DNA from: Deltaproteobacteria bacterium
GTDB lineage: Bacteria; JAMCPX01
Length of the DNA: 64,000 bases
NCBI GenBank assembly: GCA_023382265.1
Contig: JAMCPX010000047.1
Location: 25,310-89,309 of the forward strand
Reading direction: 5' to 3'
The notes beneath the pieces were generated by a model. It made no database searches, had not been told where the DNA came from, and saw only the letters and a list, made by a program, of their open reading frames with translations. This document shows, one piece after another, positions 1 through 9,786 of this stretch; position 1 is the stretch's first letter, and the number at the start of each line of letters is the position of its first letter. Both the position numbers and the translations under genes were made by a program.

Positions 1-157
1 ACCTAATCTATGCCACTTGAGTATAAAAATGAAGGCCCTTCCGGCTCTATGATATGCTTCCACTTTAGATAAGATAAGTGTATGCTTATAATATAGTGAG
101 AGAGGGATAAATCCTGACTCGGATATGCTTTAAAAATAAAATGAAAGGGAGGCTTAA

Positions 158-1111
158 ATGAAGGCTATGATTATTACCGCTTTTGGCGGTACTGAGGTTT
201 TTAAGGAACAGGATGTTCCAAAACCAGTGCCTGGTGAAAATGATGTGCTGGTAAAGGTTTACGCCACCTCTGTTAACCCTGTTGATTATAAAATAAGAAA
301 GGCCGGAGCATGGGCGGGGGTTAAACCGCCTGCCGTTATCGGTTATGATGTTTCAGGCGTTGTAGAGTTGGTCGGCAGTGGAGTAAATGGTTTGAAGCCC
401 GGAGATGAGGTTTACTACACCCCAGAGATCGTTAAAGGACAGGGCAGTTATGCAGAGTATCATGTTGCAAACGAAGCAATTGTTGCCATTAAGCCGTCAA
501 ACCTCAGTCACATTGAAGCTGCAAGCATCCCTCTTGCAGGAAGCACTGCGTTTGACGCTCTTGTTACAATGGCCAACATAAAGGCCGGTGACTCGGTATT
601 GATTCATGCGGGTGCTGGAGGTGTGGGATCCCTTGCAATACAGATTGCGAAGTCACTTGGTGCATATGTCTTTACTACATGCGGTTCCTATAATAAAGAA
701 CTTGTCAAACAATTAGGTGCTGATCGCATAATAGATTACAGAGCAGAAAACTTTGTTGATGTTATACTTAAAGAAACGGCCGATAATGGCGTTGATGTGG
801 TTTTTGATACTGTAGGCGGTGAAACCTTATCAGAAAGTGTAAAAGCTACAAGATCTTCCGGAAGGATTGTAAGTATAGTATCGTCCGATGTAAACATTGA
901 TACCGCAAAGAAAAAGAACATTACAGTTGATTATATGTTTATGCAGAGGGGACGTTCGAAGCTTGATGCCCTTCGCGCATTGATAGAGCGAGGCAAGATA
1001 AGGCCTGTCATTGATTCGGTCATGCCGCTGAAAGATGTTGCCATTGCACACCAGAGGCTGGAAAAGGGCGGCGTAAGGGGTAAGATTGTATTAAAGGTTG
1101 TTGAAAGCTGA
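158..1111 (+). CDS. Zn-dependent alcohol dehydrogenase / quinone oxidoreductase (MDR superfamily)
   Basis: 317 aa; GroES-like N-term, Rossmann motif 'GAGGVGS'; RBS AAAGGGAGG 8 nt upstream of ATG. Confidence 0.8.
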   Translation: MKAMIITAFGGTEVFKEQDVPKPVPGENDVLVKVYATSVNPVDYKIRKAGAWAGVKPPAVIGYDVSGVVELVGSGVNGLKPGDEVYYTPEIVKGQGSYAEYHVANEAIVAIKPSNLSHIEAASIPLAGSTAFDALVTMANIKAGDSVLIHAGAGGVGSLAIQIAKSLGAYVFTTCGSYNKELVKQLGADRIIDYRAENFVDVILKETADNGVDVVFDTVGGETLSESVKATRSSGRIVSIVSSDVNIDTAKKKNITVDYMFMQRGRSKLDALRALIERGKIRPVIDSVMPLKDVAIAHQRLEKGGVRGKIVLKVVES

Positions 1112-1364
1112 TATAAACGTAATTATGGGCGATACGGGAGCTGTGGTTTGGGGAAGTATGCTTTTATCGGAAATGTTGCCTTCTCTCCGGCAATTGGCCC
1201 TGACGGCACAATCTATTTTGATCTAACGACGGCAATCTCTATGCGATTAATTAATATTTTTACGCCTATTTATATAGGCGGGATTTTTTATTATATAAAG
1301 TCAGGGACAGATACCAGTTTCGTTATATTTTGACAATAACGAATTTATATAATATCAGTAATGC

Positions 1365-1586
1365 ATGCCTAGAATAGCAAGAGTTGTTGTTAAAAATTAT
1401 CCATACCATGTAACTCAGCGAGGAAACCATCGACGCATGTTTTTGAAGAGAAAGAAGAATTCATTGACAGGGCGGACGTGTGGGGATGGTAATTTTATAC
1501 ACAGCATAGAAGAGGCACTCGGCAGAGAGAAATTAAAGGCAGGGAAATGCGGAAGGCCAAAGAAAATGGGTATCCCTCATTTATAA
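1365..1586 (+). pseudogene. Truncated IS200/IS605-like (Y1 HUH) transposase N-terminal fragment
   Basis: 73 aa 'MPRIARVVVKNYPYHVTQRGNHRRMF' resembles the N-terminal HVxxRGN motif of IS200-like/REP-associated tyrosine transposases; protein ends prematurely and lacks the HUH/Tyr regions. Confidence 0.4.
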
Positions 1587-1612
1587 TTTAAGAGTTTTAA
1601 ACCAAATGACAA

Positions 1613-3532
1613 ATGCACATGCCGGTGTTATTAAGCGTAATCAAGGGAGAAGTTGAAGCTATGTATAAACAAAAACACTTTATAAGCCTGCTCGAAGCTA
1701 TTACCCAAAAATCGGACATGTCGGATGATATAAAACAAAAATCGGTTGTACAGCTTGAAGCCTATCTCAAAAACGCCCCCTTTCTTGCAAAGTTTATTTT
1801 CACATTGCTGTTATACGCAGTTGAATACCTTCCCATGTTCACCAGACTTACGAGGCTTTCAAAAATGGATATCGATAGAAGGGCAGAGTACATAAGCGGA
1901 TTTAATGGGAGAATAGGCGGCATTGTTTTGATGGTACTCAAGCTATTCGTGACACTTTCATACTACTCTGTAGATGATATTGAACGCAAGCTCGGGTTTA
2001 CAAGGCATTGCGGGGATATCAAAGGAAGGGTCAAAAAACCCGTGTTTGTTGACGGGTCTAAAGCGGATAAAGATGTAAGCATAAACGCCGATGTATGCAT
2101 TATAGGCTCAGGAGCTGGCGGAGCTTCCGCTGCTTATGCAGCTGCAAGAGCCGGCATGAAAACCGTTATTCTTGAGGAGGGGCGGTACCTGACGGGTGAG
2201 GATTTCACTCAAAAGCCTGTAGATGCATTTGGAACCGTATACAGGGATCATGGGTTCATAACATCCTTCGGCACACCGCCGATAATCATCCCGCTTGGTA
2301 AGTCGGTAGGAGGTACGACGACCATAAACTCGGGGACCTGCTACAGGATGCCTTCATCTGTTATAAAAAATTGGCATGACCAGTACGGCATAGACTGGCT
2401 GACGGACGATGAATACAATAGGCTGGCTTCATCTGTAGAAAAAGAAATACATGTCGAGCCTGTACCTGATCGCATATCCGGCAAGAACAGCGGGCTTTTC
2501 AAGAAAGGCACGGAGGCACTTGGGCTTGCAGGCGCACCCATACCGAGAAATGCCTATGAATGCGATGGCTGCGCATTCTGTGCATTTGGATGCCCAAGAG
2601 ATGCGAAATACGGAACAATGCTGAATTTCATCCCTGATGCGATAAAGCACGGGGCGGCATTGTATTCGAATACAAAAGCTGTAAAACTTATAATAAATAA
2701 CAACAGGATTGAAGGCGTAAAAGGAGCTTTTCTCGACAGGTATGGGAAATCAACATCCAAACAGATTACGGTAAATGCAAAGCACGCTATTGTGTCTGCA
2801 GGTGCAATATATACGCCTATTTTCCTGAGGAAAAACGGCTTAAAACATCCCCTCATAGGCAAAAACCTTCATATCCATCCGGCAGCGCGTGTGTCAGCGG
2901 TGTTTAATGAGCGGGTTGATGGATGGGTCGGTGTGCCTCAGGGCTATAATATACATCACTATGTTGATGAAGGCATCTTCATACAGGGACAATTTGTACC
3001 TCCATCCATATTGTCCCAGTCTATTCCTTATATTGGCAAGCGTCATTCTGAACTGATGGACAAATATGCCTATATGGGCTCATTCGGTGCACTCATATCC
3101 GATACAGGCTCGGGCAGTGTTTCACCGGGCCTGAGCAGTCCAATGATTTTTTATACTCTTTCAAAAGAGGATCACGTAAAAATGGTAAAATCCATTGCAA
3201 TAACGGCAAAGGTCTGGTTTGCGGCAGGTGCAGCAGAAGTCCATACACAGATCGCAACCATGCCTGTAATACATAACGAAAAAGAGGCCGACGATCTACT
3301 TAACAAATTACCGCCTGCATGGGCGCTTGAACTCATGGCTTTTCATCCGATGGGTACTGTGATGATGGGTGGTAATGATAATACTGCAGTAGTAAAACCT
3401 GATGGGGAAACTTATGAGGTAAAAGGTCTTTATGCTGCAGACGCTTCTTTGTTCCCGACGTCAACAAAACTAAACCCGCAGATTACAATCATGAGTTTCG
3501 GTCTGAAGATAGGGGATGGGATTGGCAGGTAG
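1613..3532 (+). CDS. GMC family FAD-dependent oxidoreductase with ~160-aa N-terminal extension
   Basis: FAD-binding 'CIIGSGAGGASAAYAAARAG' only at aa ~165; GMC C-terminal region with 'GLYAADASLFPTS'; alternative start ATG 1661 (MYKQKHF) has a GGGAGA RBS. Confidence 0.8.
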   Translation: MHMPVLLSVIKGEVEAMYKQKHFISLLEAITQKSDMSDDIKQKSVVQLEAYLKNAPFLAKFIFTLLLYAVEYLPMFTRLTRLSKMDIDRRAEYISGFNGRIGGIVLMVLKLFVTLSYYSVDDIERKLGFTRHCGDIKGRVKKPVFVDGSKADKDVSINADVCIIGSGAGGASAAYAAARAGMKTVILEEGRYLTGEDFTQKPVDAFGTVYRDHGFITSFGTPPIIIPLGKSVGGTTTINSGTCYRMPSSVIKNWHDQYGIDWLTDDEYNRLASSVEKEIHVEPVPDRISGKNSGLFKKGTEALGLAGAPIPRNAYECDGCAFCAFGCPRDAKYGTMLNFIPDAIKHGAALYSNTKAVKLIINNNRIEGVKGAFLDRYGKSTSKQITVNAKHAIVSAGAIYTPIFLRKNGLKHPLIGKNLHIHPAARVSAVFNERVDGWVGVPQGYNIHHYVDEGIFIQGQFVPPSILSQSIPYIGKRHSELMDKYAYMGSFGALISDTGSGSVSPGLSSPMIFYTLSKEDHVKMVKSIAITAKVWFAAGAAEVHTQIATMPVIHNEKEADDLLNKLPPAWALELMAFHPMGTVMMGGNDNTAVVKPDGETYEVKGLYAADASLFPTSTKLNPQITIMSFGLKIGDGIGR

Positions 3533-3611
3533 GATAAATTCAGTTTTAGGGGGTTTGCAATTCTAAATGTTTGTGCTAATCTTTCTATAATGAATGATCG
3601 CAAATCAAATT

Positions 3612-3626
3612 TTCTAACGGGGTTTA
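3612..3626 (+). promoter_or_regulatory. TTCTAACGGGGTTTA motif copy 10 nt upstream of the radical SAM ATG
   Basis: 15-nt string identical to 8561-8575; related copies at 8471-8487, 8880-8891 and 8929-8943. Confidence 0.4.
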
Positions 3627-3635
3627 CATATACAC

Positions 3636-5039
3636 ATGCGTGAAGGGATAAAGCCAAACAATGTACTCTGCATCTACCCTTATGTAAAAGAGGTGCCTGT
3701 TTACGAGTTCTTTCCGCCCATAGGTCTTGAGTATGTCGCAACAGCTGTCAGCGATATGGTCGGGAGTATAAAAATTGTTGATTTCAGGTACGTGAAGGAC
3801 CCTATGAGTAATTTTACCCCTTCTATAGATACCGCTCTGGTGAGTGTGAACTGGAATTACACCTACGATGAAGTATGTGCCGTGATACGGCAGATTCCTC
3901 CGCAGGTCAGGGTCATCGTGGGAGGCCGGCAGGCCACGGATTTTGTCGAGGACCTTTTTAACAGGTGTCCGAACATATCCGTAATCGTAAGGGGGGAGGG
4001 TGAACTGACTCTGAGGGACCTGTTCAGCGGCAGGCCTATGGAAGAGGTGAAGGGCATATCGTATATGGACAACGGCAAAGTCATTCATAATGAATCCAGA
4101 CCGTTGTTTTCTCTTCAAGAAGTTAAGAGACCGGACCGGAGCTTAAGGACAACCAACTACCGTGCCACCATCAAGGGGATTGACCTGGGATTTGGATTCG
4201 ATGCCATTATGAGTTCGCGGGGATGCCCTTACAGCTGTAAATTTTGCAGCTTCAAGCTTAACCCACTGGGACAGCTGCGGAAATGGGAGGCGAGAAGTCC
4301 GGAATCTACGGTCGAAGAAATAGAGGAGATAGATGCCGATTTTGTTGCATTTGTAGACGACAATTTTACCGCTGACATGAAGAGAGTCGAGAAGATCTGC
4401 GACCTCATCATTGCAAAGGGAATAAAGAAGATGTTCCTGTGCAACGTACGGATCGATATCGCACGAAAACCTGCTTTGGTTGAGAAGATGAAGAAGGCGG
4501 GGTTTAAAATCCTTATGGTTGGACTGGAGTCTGCCCAGGACAAGTCACTGGACGCACTGCAGAAAGGCTTTAAAACAGCCAGGGTGAAAGAGGTATTCCA
4601 TGTCCTGGCAGGTTCGGGTATGCTCATAAACGGGTATTTTATTATCGGGATTATCGGTGAGGCTGAAGAGGAGATGCTGGAGATCTCAACGTATGCCCGT
4701 GATATAGGTATTGACTTCATTTCTTTAAGCAGGCTAAGGTGGGAGAAATTTTCCGCATTGGAGGATATTGTTAAAGTGAACAAGGGGTATTACATAGGTC
4801 AGGACAATGGCATATACTCGGACAAGTACGGACGGAAAGAACTGACGGCGATCCTGAAAAAGATCGATAGAAATTTTTACACCCCGTCTCAGATCAAGCA
4901 GATTGTAATAAAGGCATTCAGACTCCGCATTCTGACACCGCGCCGTCTGCTCAGACTGATGTACTATGTACCATACATTCTTATGAGGACCCATGCAAGC
5001 ACCAAAAGAATGAAGAAGGTTATGAAGCAGAACTCCTGA
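3636..5039 (+). CDS. B12-binding domain radical SAM protein
   Basis: N-terminal cobalamin-binding-like domain (PPIGLEYVATAV), CxxxCxxC-type cluster 'CPYSCKFCSF' with radical SAM core. Confidence 0.8.
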   Translation: MREGIKPNNVLCIYPYVKEVPVYEFFPPIGLEYVATAVSDMVGSIKIVDFRYVKDPMSNFTPSIDTALVSVNWNYTYDEVCAVIRQIPPQVRVIVGGRQATDFVEDLFNRCPNISVIVRGEGELTLRDLFSGRPMEEVKGISYMDNGKVIHNESRPLFSLQEVKRPDRSLRTTNYRATIKGIDLGFGFDAIMSSRGCPYSCKFCSFKLNPLGQLRKWEARSPESTVEEIEEIDADFVAFVDDNFTADMKRVEKICDLIIAKGIKKMFLCNVRIDIARKPALVEKMKKAGFKILMVGLESAQDKSLDALQKGFKTARVKEVFHVLAGSGMLINGYFIIGIIGEAEEEMLEISTYARDIGIDFISLSRLRWEKFSALEDIVKVNKGYYIGQDNGIYSDKYGRKELTAILKKIDRNFYTPSQIKQIVIKAFRLRILTPRRLLRLMYYVPYILMRTHASTKRMKKVMKQNS

Positions 5040-5093
5040 GGCTGTCACAAAAGTACTTATACAATGTTATTTTTCATTCTGGAAAAGCGGCTT

Positions 5094-5990
5094 TTATTTA
5101 TTCTCAACGACTGCCTTTACCTTTGCCTGCAGGTTTATAAAATACGCTCTTTCCGGCTGGCTTATGCCGCTTGAGATATAATCCTCTTTATGAATCCGCT
5201 CAACAACCGCATCAACGTTTTCGTATTCATTGTAGTATCTTTTTATACGCTCTATAAAATTATTTGTTTCATTTAAAGAATCATCAAAAAAATGCCTAGC
5301 CTGTTTCCCCGCAATAATGCCTCCATGTGCAACAGCAATATAATCAACAGGGTACTGCCTGATTTTGTTCAGGCTTTGGATATAAAGTTTATAACTTGTT
5401 AAAAATTCCGGCAGGATTTTTCCGCCAGGTTCAAGCACGCCTGCCTCTTCTCCCGTAAACATGATCTTAGGGCCCCTTAAGTAATAGCACATCGAATCCC
5501 TAGTATGTCCCGGGGTATAGATTGCTTCAAGTGTATCGTTACCCGTGTCAAAAACCTCACCGCCGTTTAATTTTATATCAAGGCTAAAAGGTTTAAATGA
5601 CATATCCTCAAAGCTTACCCCCATCATTTTTTCCATATCTTTATTCAATGATGTGATGAGTTTTACAGCATTTTCACTTTTTAAAACTTGTTCTATAAGA
5701 AAATATCCTCCCGTCTTAAGATTCGGTATATGTTTTTTAAGATATGGTGCGGAGCCTATGTGATCATAATGGCTGTGAGTGAATAGGTTGTAGGTTTTAA
5801 CATTTGAGCTGCCTAGATATGATTTTATATATTCAAGGTATATTGAACCAAGTGCACTCACGCCCGAATCTATAATTATGTTAAGTTTTGTACCTTTTAC
5901 CAGGTAAATAGGCATAAAAGGATTTGCGATCATGTAAACGTTATCGATGATCCTGCCCGGCTCTGTTATCTGCATTTTGTTATACCACAA
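5094..5990 (-). CDS. MBL-fold metallo-hydrolase
   Basis: '[10 protein letters not shown]' HxHxDH metallo-beta-lactamase motif; 11-bp overlap with leuS stop (alternative start at 5975). Confidence 0.75.
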   Translation of the reverse strand: MWYNKMQITEPGRIIDNVYMIANPFMPIYLVKGTKLNIIIDSGVSALGSIYLEYIKSYLGSSNVKTYNLFTHSHYDHIGSAPYLKKHIPNLKTGGYFLIEQVLKSENAVKLITSLNKDMEKMMGVSFEDMSFKPFSLDIKLNGGEVFDTGNDTLEAIYTPGHTRDSMCYYLRGPKIMFTGEEAGVLEPGGKILPEFLTSYKLYIQSLNKIRQYPVDYIAVAHGGIIAGKQARHFFDDSLNETNNFIERIKRYYNEYENVDAVVERIHKEDYISSGISQPERAYFINLQAKVKAVVENK

Positions 5991-8448
5991 TATTAAGGAG
6001 TTTGTTTTTTACGAGTATGAGCCTTTTCACGTGCCTTCCCTGTATGTAAGAGTTTATCTTATCGTCTTTTTTCGCGTTTTCGAATACAATATTTTCATCA
6101 CTGTTTTCAGGCACTAAAACCTGTCCTCTCAGTCTGCCGTTAATCTGGACTACTACGGTTACGGTACTTTCCTTGATAAGCTCAGGATCAAGAAGGGGCC
6201 ATACCATATTAACTATCGGCGCATTACCAAGCTCTTTATTGATCTCCTCCGTTATATGCGGAGCAAACGGATTTAAGAGGACAAGCATGGTTTCGATCGC
6301 CTCCTTAAAAGCTGGGAGCTGTTCATCATCAATACCCGCTTCCTCTATGTCATAGAGGTCGTTTAAGAACTCCATGAGTGTACTAATGCACGTATTAAAA
6401 TGGTATCTGTCCTTTATATCGTTTGTAACCTTCTTAATCGTTTTATGAGTGAGTTTCCTTAATGAAAGAGACTTTTCGTCACTGCCTATCTTGTGATCCT
6501 TTACCGTTTTAAGCCTGCCGCTATGTTTATAAGCAAGCCTCCATATCCTATCAAGAAACCTTTTTACACCCTCAACGCCTTTGTCAGACCATTCCAGGTC
6601 CTTTTCAGGAGGAGATGCAAACAATATGAACAATCGTGCCGTATCAGCTCCGTATTTATTGATAATATCTTCGGGGTCAACAATATTACCGAGAGATTTA
6701 CTCATCTTTGCTCCGTCCTTTATGACCATACCTTGTGTTAATAGATTATCAAAAGGCTCATCAAACTTTACATACCCGAGATCCTTTAATGCCTTTGTTA
6801 AGAACCGTGAATACAGTAGATGCAGTATAGCGTGCTCAATCCCGCCGATATACTGATCGACTGTCATCCAGTACTCAAGTGCGGATGGGACAAAAGGCAC
6901 GTCTTTATTATCAGGGGATGTGTACCTCAAAAAATACCATGAAGATTCTACAAATGTATCCATCGTATCGGTCTCTCTTCTTGCATTGCCCTTGCAGACA
7001 GGGCAGGTTGCACTAACAAATTTTTTGTGCTTTGCAAGAGGTGATTCACCTTCTCCGGTTATGACCACATCCATCGGCAATTCTACGGGCAGTTCGTCTT
7101 CCTGAACAGGTTGAATGCCGCATTTATCACAGTAAACAACGGGTATCGGTGCACCCCAGTATCTTTGCCTGGATATGCCCCAGTCTCTTAGTTTGTAGTT
7201 TGTTATGCTTTTACCAAAACCCTGTCTCTCAGCTTTTTGTATAACCAGACTTTTCCCTCTCTCATTATCGATACCGTTAAACTCGCTGGAGTTTGCCATT
7301 TTACCATCGCCTTCATAAGCTTTTGTCATTGTCACGGGATCGAGCTTTTCTCCATCAGGCTGTATAACAACCTTGATGTCTAAGTTATATTTTTTTGCAA
7401 ACTCAAAATCTCTTTGATCATGCGCAGGCACCGACATGATTGCGCCTGTTCCGTACTCCATCAAAACAAAGTTAGCCACATAGATAGGAATAGGTTCACC
7501 TGTAAATGGGCTTATAGCGTACCTGCCTGTAAACATACCCTCTTTTTCTGCAATCTCTATAGCGCGCGACTTTGTACCGCCCCTTTTTATTCGATCCACA
7601 AAAGACACTACCTCTTCCAGCTTTTCTCCTGTTACTATCTTAGAGACGAGCGGGTGCTCCGGGGCTATGCACATAAATGTAATACCATAAACAGTGTCAG
7701 CCCTTGTTGTGAAGATGTTTAATGTCCTGTCGAGACCCTGTATTTTAAAATAAAGTTCCACGCCTTCACTTTTGCCAATCCAGTTTCTTTGCATAGCCAG
7801 GACTCTTTCCGGCCAGCCCTTTAGCGCATCACATCCTTTTAAAAGCACTTCCGCATAGTTTGTGATCCTGAAAAACCACTGCTCTTTTTCCTCAACAACA
7901 ACATCGCTTAAGCATCTCCAGCATTTTCCATCAATTACCTGTTCATTTGCTAAAACGGTTTTACATTGAGGACACCAATTCACAGCAGATTTCTGTCTGT
8001 AAGCAAGGTCTTTTTTGTACATCTCTATAAAAAATTTCTGCTCCCACCTATAATATTCCGGCAAAGAGGTGTTGACTTCCCTTGACCAGTCATAAGAGAA
8101 CCCGAGTCTTTTAAGCTGTGCACGCATATAGGATATATTTTTATCAACCCATTCCTTTGGATGTGTCTTATGTGATATTGCCGCATTCTCGGCAGGCATA
8201 CCGAATGCATCCCACCCCATAGGATGAAGCACATTATAGCCGGTCATCCTTAGATACCTCGCGATCACGTCACCTATGGTATAATTTCTTACATGTCCCA
8301 TGTGTATCCTGCCTGACGGGTAGGGGAACATTTCAAGCAGATAAAATTTTGTCTTTGACTTATCTTCTTTTATCCTGAAAATATTACGGTCATTCCAAAT
8401 TTTTTGCCAGTGTAATTCTATACGTTCCGGATTGTATTTTTCTTCCAT
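5980..8448 (-). CDS. leuS: Leucine--tRNA ligase
   Basis: 822 aa; HIGH-type '[12 protein letters not shown]', 'KMSKS', leucyl-specific and editing domains recognisable. Confidence 0.95.
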   Translation of the reverse strand: MEEKYNPERIELHWQKIWNDRNIFRIKEDKSKTKFYLLEMFPYPSGRIHMGHVRNYTIGDVIARYLRMTGYNVLHPMGWDAFGMPAENAAISHKTHPKEWVDKNISYMRAQLKRLGFSYDWSREVNTSLPEYYRWEQKFFIEMYKKDLAYRQKSAVNWCPQCKTVLANEQVIDGKCWRCLSDVVVEEKEQWFFRITNYAEVLLKGCDALKGWPERVLAMQRNWIGKSEGVELYFKIQGLDRTLNIFTTRADTVYGITFMCIAPEHPLVSKIVTGEKLEEVVSFVDRIKRGGTKSRAIEIAEKEGMFTGRYAISPFTGEPIPIYVANFVLMEYGTGAIMSVPAHDQRDFEFAKKYNLDIKVVIQPDGEKLDPVTMTKAYEGDGKMANSSEFNGIDNERGKSLVIQKAERQGFGKSITNYKLRDWGISRQRYWGAPIPVVYCDKCGIQPVQEDELPVELPMDVVITGEGESPLAKHKKFVSATCPVCKGNARRETDTMDTFVESSWYFLRYTSPDNKDVPFVPSALEYWMTVDQYIGGIEHAILHLLYSRFLTKALKDLGYVKFDEPFDNLLTQGMVIKDGAKMSKSLGNIVDPEDIINKYGADTARLFILFASPPEKDLEWSDKGVEGVKRFLDRIWRLAYKHSGRLKTVKDHKIGSDEKSLSLRKLTHKTIKKVTNDIKDRYHFNTCISTLMEFLNDLYDIEEAGIDDEQLPAFKEAIETMLVLLNPFAPHITEEINKELGNAPIVNMVWPLLDPELIKESTVTVVVQINGRLRGQVLVPENSDENIVFENAKKDDKINSYIQGRHVKRLILVKNKLLNIVV

Positions 8449-8470
8449 CTATTCCATCCTTATATAATGT

Positions 8471-8577
8471 GGTTTAACCCGTTAGAAGCTATACTATATA
8501 TAGTTCGCGTAGCAGGTTATGAATTTATTATAAAGTTATCTACTAAATATTCAATCGTTTCTAACGGGGTTTATTCC
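8471..8577. repeat. Inverted-repeat pair GGTTTAACCCGTTAGAA ... TTCTAACGGGGTTTATTCC (~71-bp spacer) upstream of leuS
   Basis: Read directly; on the leuS strand the proximal copy lies -39..-23 from the ATG. Confidence 0.6.
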
Positions 8578-8879
8578 TATTAGCACAAATTATCATATTT
8601 TTAAAATGGTTATTTACCAAAATAATCTAACAAGGGGCGGCGGGTAAACCTGCGAGATATGAACCTACCAAAAGAAGAGCCGCATTAAAAGATTAAAAGG
8701 GCTGAGGTATCCCCGGTATAGACTTAGAATAGAAGAAATCAGGGTAATCTATTCTGGAAAACGATCCAATGTTTCTGCATAGAATAGAAAAAGCCAGAAA
8801 TAACATTAATGCTGGTAAGGGAATCAAGTTGGGAAAAATATAGAATAATATTGTCTATTAACCTCCTCAATAATTCATA

Positions 8880-8943
8880 CCCAGTTAGAAACATCAGTCG
8901 TTTTATTTAGACAAAGCAGTCTTGTTCTTTCTAATTGGGTTTG
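8880..8943. repeat. Second inverted-repeat pair CCCAGTTAGAAA ... TTTCTAATTGGG (37-bp spacer), degenerate version of the same motif
   Basis: 11/12 complementary positions; lies within the 627-bp ORF-free region. Confidence 0.5.
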
Positions 8944-9075
8944 ATATATGGAATGCATGTAGATTAGAATGGGCGGGAAAACCTCTCCCAGTTTTATTGA
9001 AAGAAACCAGCAATCCTTTGTCCAATGTTAACAGTGTGACCTTATTCTTTATTCTGTTTTAAACGACGACTGCCA

Positions 9076-9735
9076 TTAGTTTTTATTCCGGAAAAACCGC
9101 CAGAACACCCAGAGTTCCACAGCCAGCTTGCTCCTGTCTATTCTATAGGGCAATGTAAAGCTGTTCGTTTGTTCACCTATGGAACTTATCGCCTGTTTAC
9201 TTGTAAAACTATGGTATACTACAGCACAGCTTATTGATAAGTGTCCGTCGTGCAGGTATCTTTCATAACCCATACCTATATTATATATAAAACCAGTTAG
9301 ATCTACAAATCTTCCAGGAATAGGTGTTGTAATCCTATCTTCATAACCGCCCAATCCGGTTCCAAAAATTATGTAAATATCTTCCCATGCACTGAGCGGC
9401 AGTATTGGTTTGATATCAAAATCAACCGGTTCAATAAGCTGCCATGAACCTCTAATACCGTTACTGTCAAAAGCACCATCTTCGCCATGATATCCTATCT
9501 CTGCGGAAAGATACTTCATAAACTGGTATCCTACCCGTAAGCTTATACCGGCACCAGCTGCATAACCGGATTGATCATGGCCGGTTGGCATGTATGCCCC
9601 CAGTGCAGTCCCAATATAGAAATTCCTGTGATCTGCTGATATCGGCCCCTGTGTTAAATACCCTGCAACCGCGGCTGTGCTGCAACCGCACAACAAAGCA
9701 AAGAAAATAATTATGAATGCTGCTTTCTTATACAT
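9076..9735 (-). CDS. Outer-membrane beta-barrel lipoprotein (hypothetical)
   Basis: Lipoprotein signal 'FFALLCGCS'; alternating aromatic/Gly-rich beta-strand pattern; C-terminal Phe. Confidence 0.5.
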   Translation of the reverse strand: MYKKAAFIIIFFALLCGCSTAAVAGYLTQGPISADHRNFYIGTALGAYMPTGHDQSGYAAGAGISLRVGYQFMKYLSAEIGYHGEDGAFDSNGIRGSWQLIEPVDFDIKPILPLSAWEDIYIIFGTGLGGYEDRITTPIPGRFVDLTGFIYNIGMGYERYLHDGHLSISCAVVYHSFTSKQAISSIGEQTNSFTLPYRIDRSKLAVELWVFWRFFRNKN

Positions 9736-9786
9736 TATAAGGAGGTGCCTCCTTCATTATACATTTAGTTAAACTATTCCCACCTG

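Noticed and set aside
736-1051. Small minus-strand ORFs (736..921, 830..1051) antisense to the alcohol dehydrogenase
   Set aside because: Shadow ORFs fully inside a well-supported CDS on the opposite strand. The same reasoning applies to the many 60-130-aa antisense ORFs in the track (e.g. 2341..2862, 6173..7722, 13680..14074, 14138..14790, 31669..33018, 36143..37409, 45115..45303, 57243..58505).
3430-4118. ORFs 3430..3741 and 3624..4118 on the minus strand
   Set aside because: They overlap the 3' end of the GMC gene and the 5' half of the radical SAM gene, which both carry clear family motifs; no motifs in the antisense products
5040-5093. AAAAGCGGCTTTT palindrome between convergent radical SAM and MBL genes as a bidirectional terminator
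   Set aside because: Stem only 5-6 bp, AT-rich, with a 1-3-nt loop; too weak to call
8449-9075. T-box riboswitch leader for leuS, tmRNA, RNase P RNA or SRP RNA in the long ORF-free region
   Set aside because: Searched both strands by eye for the T-box core (GGGTGGNACCGCG), the RNase P CR-I (GGAAAGTCCGG), the SRP (AGGAAGCAGCC) and tRNA-like T-loop (GGTTCGAATCC) cores; none present. I cannot exclude a divergent ncRNA without a covariance-model scan.
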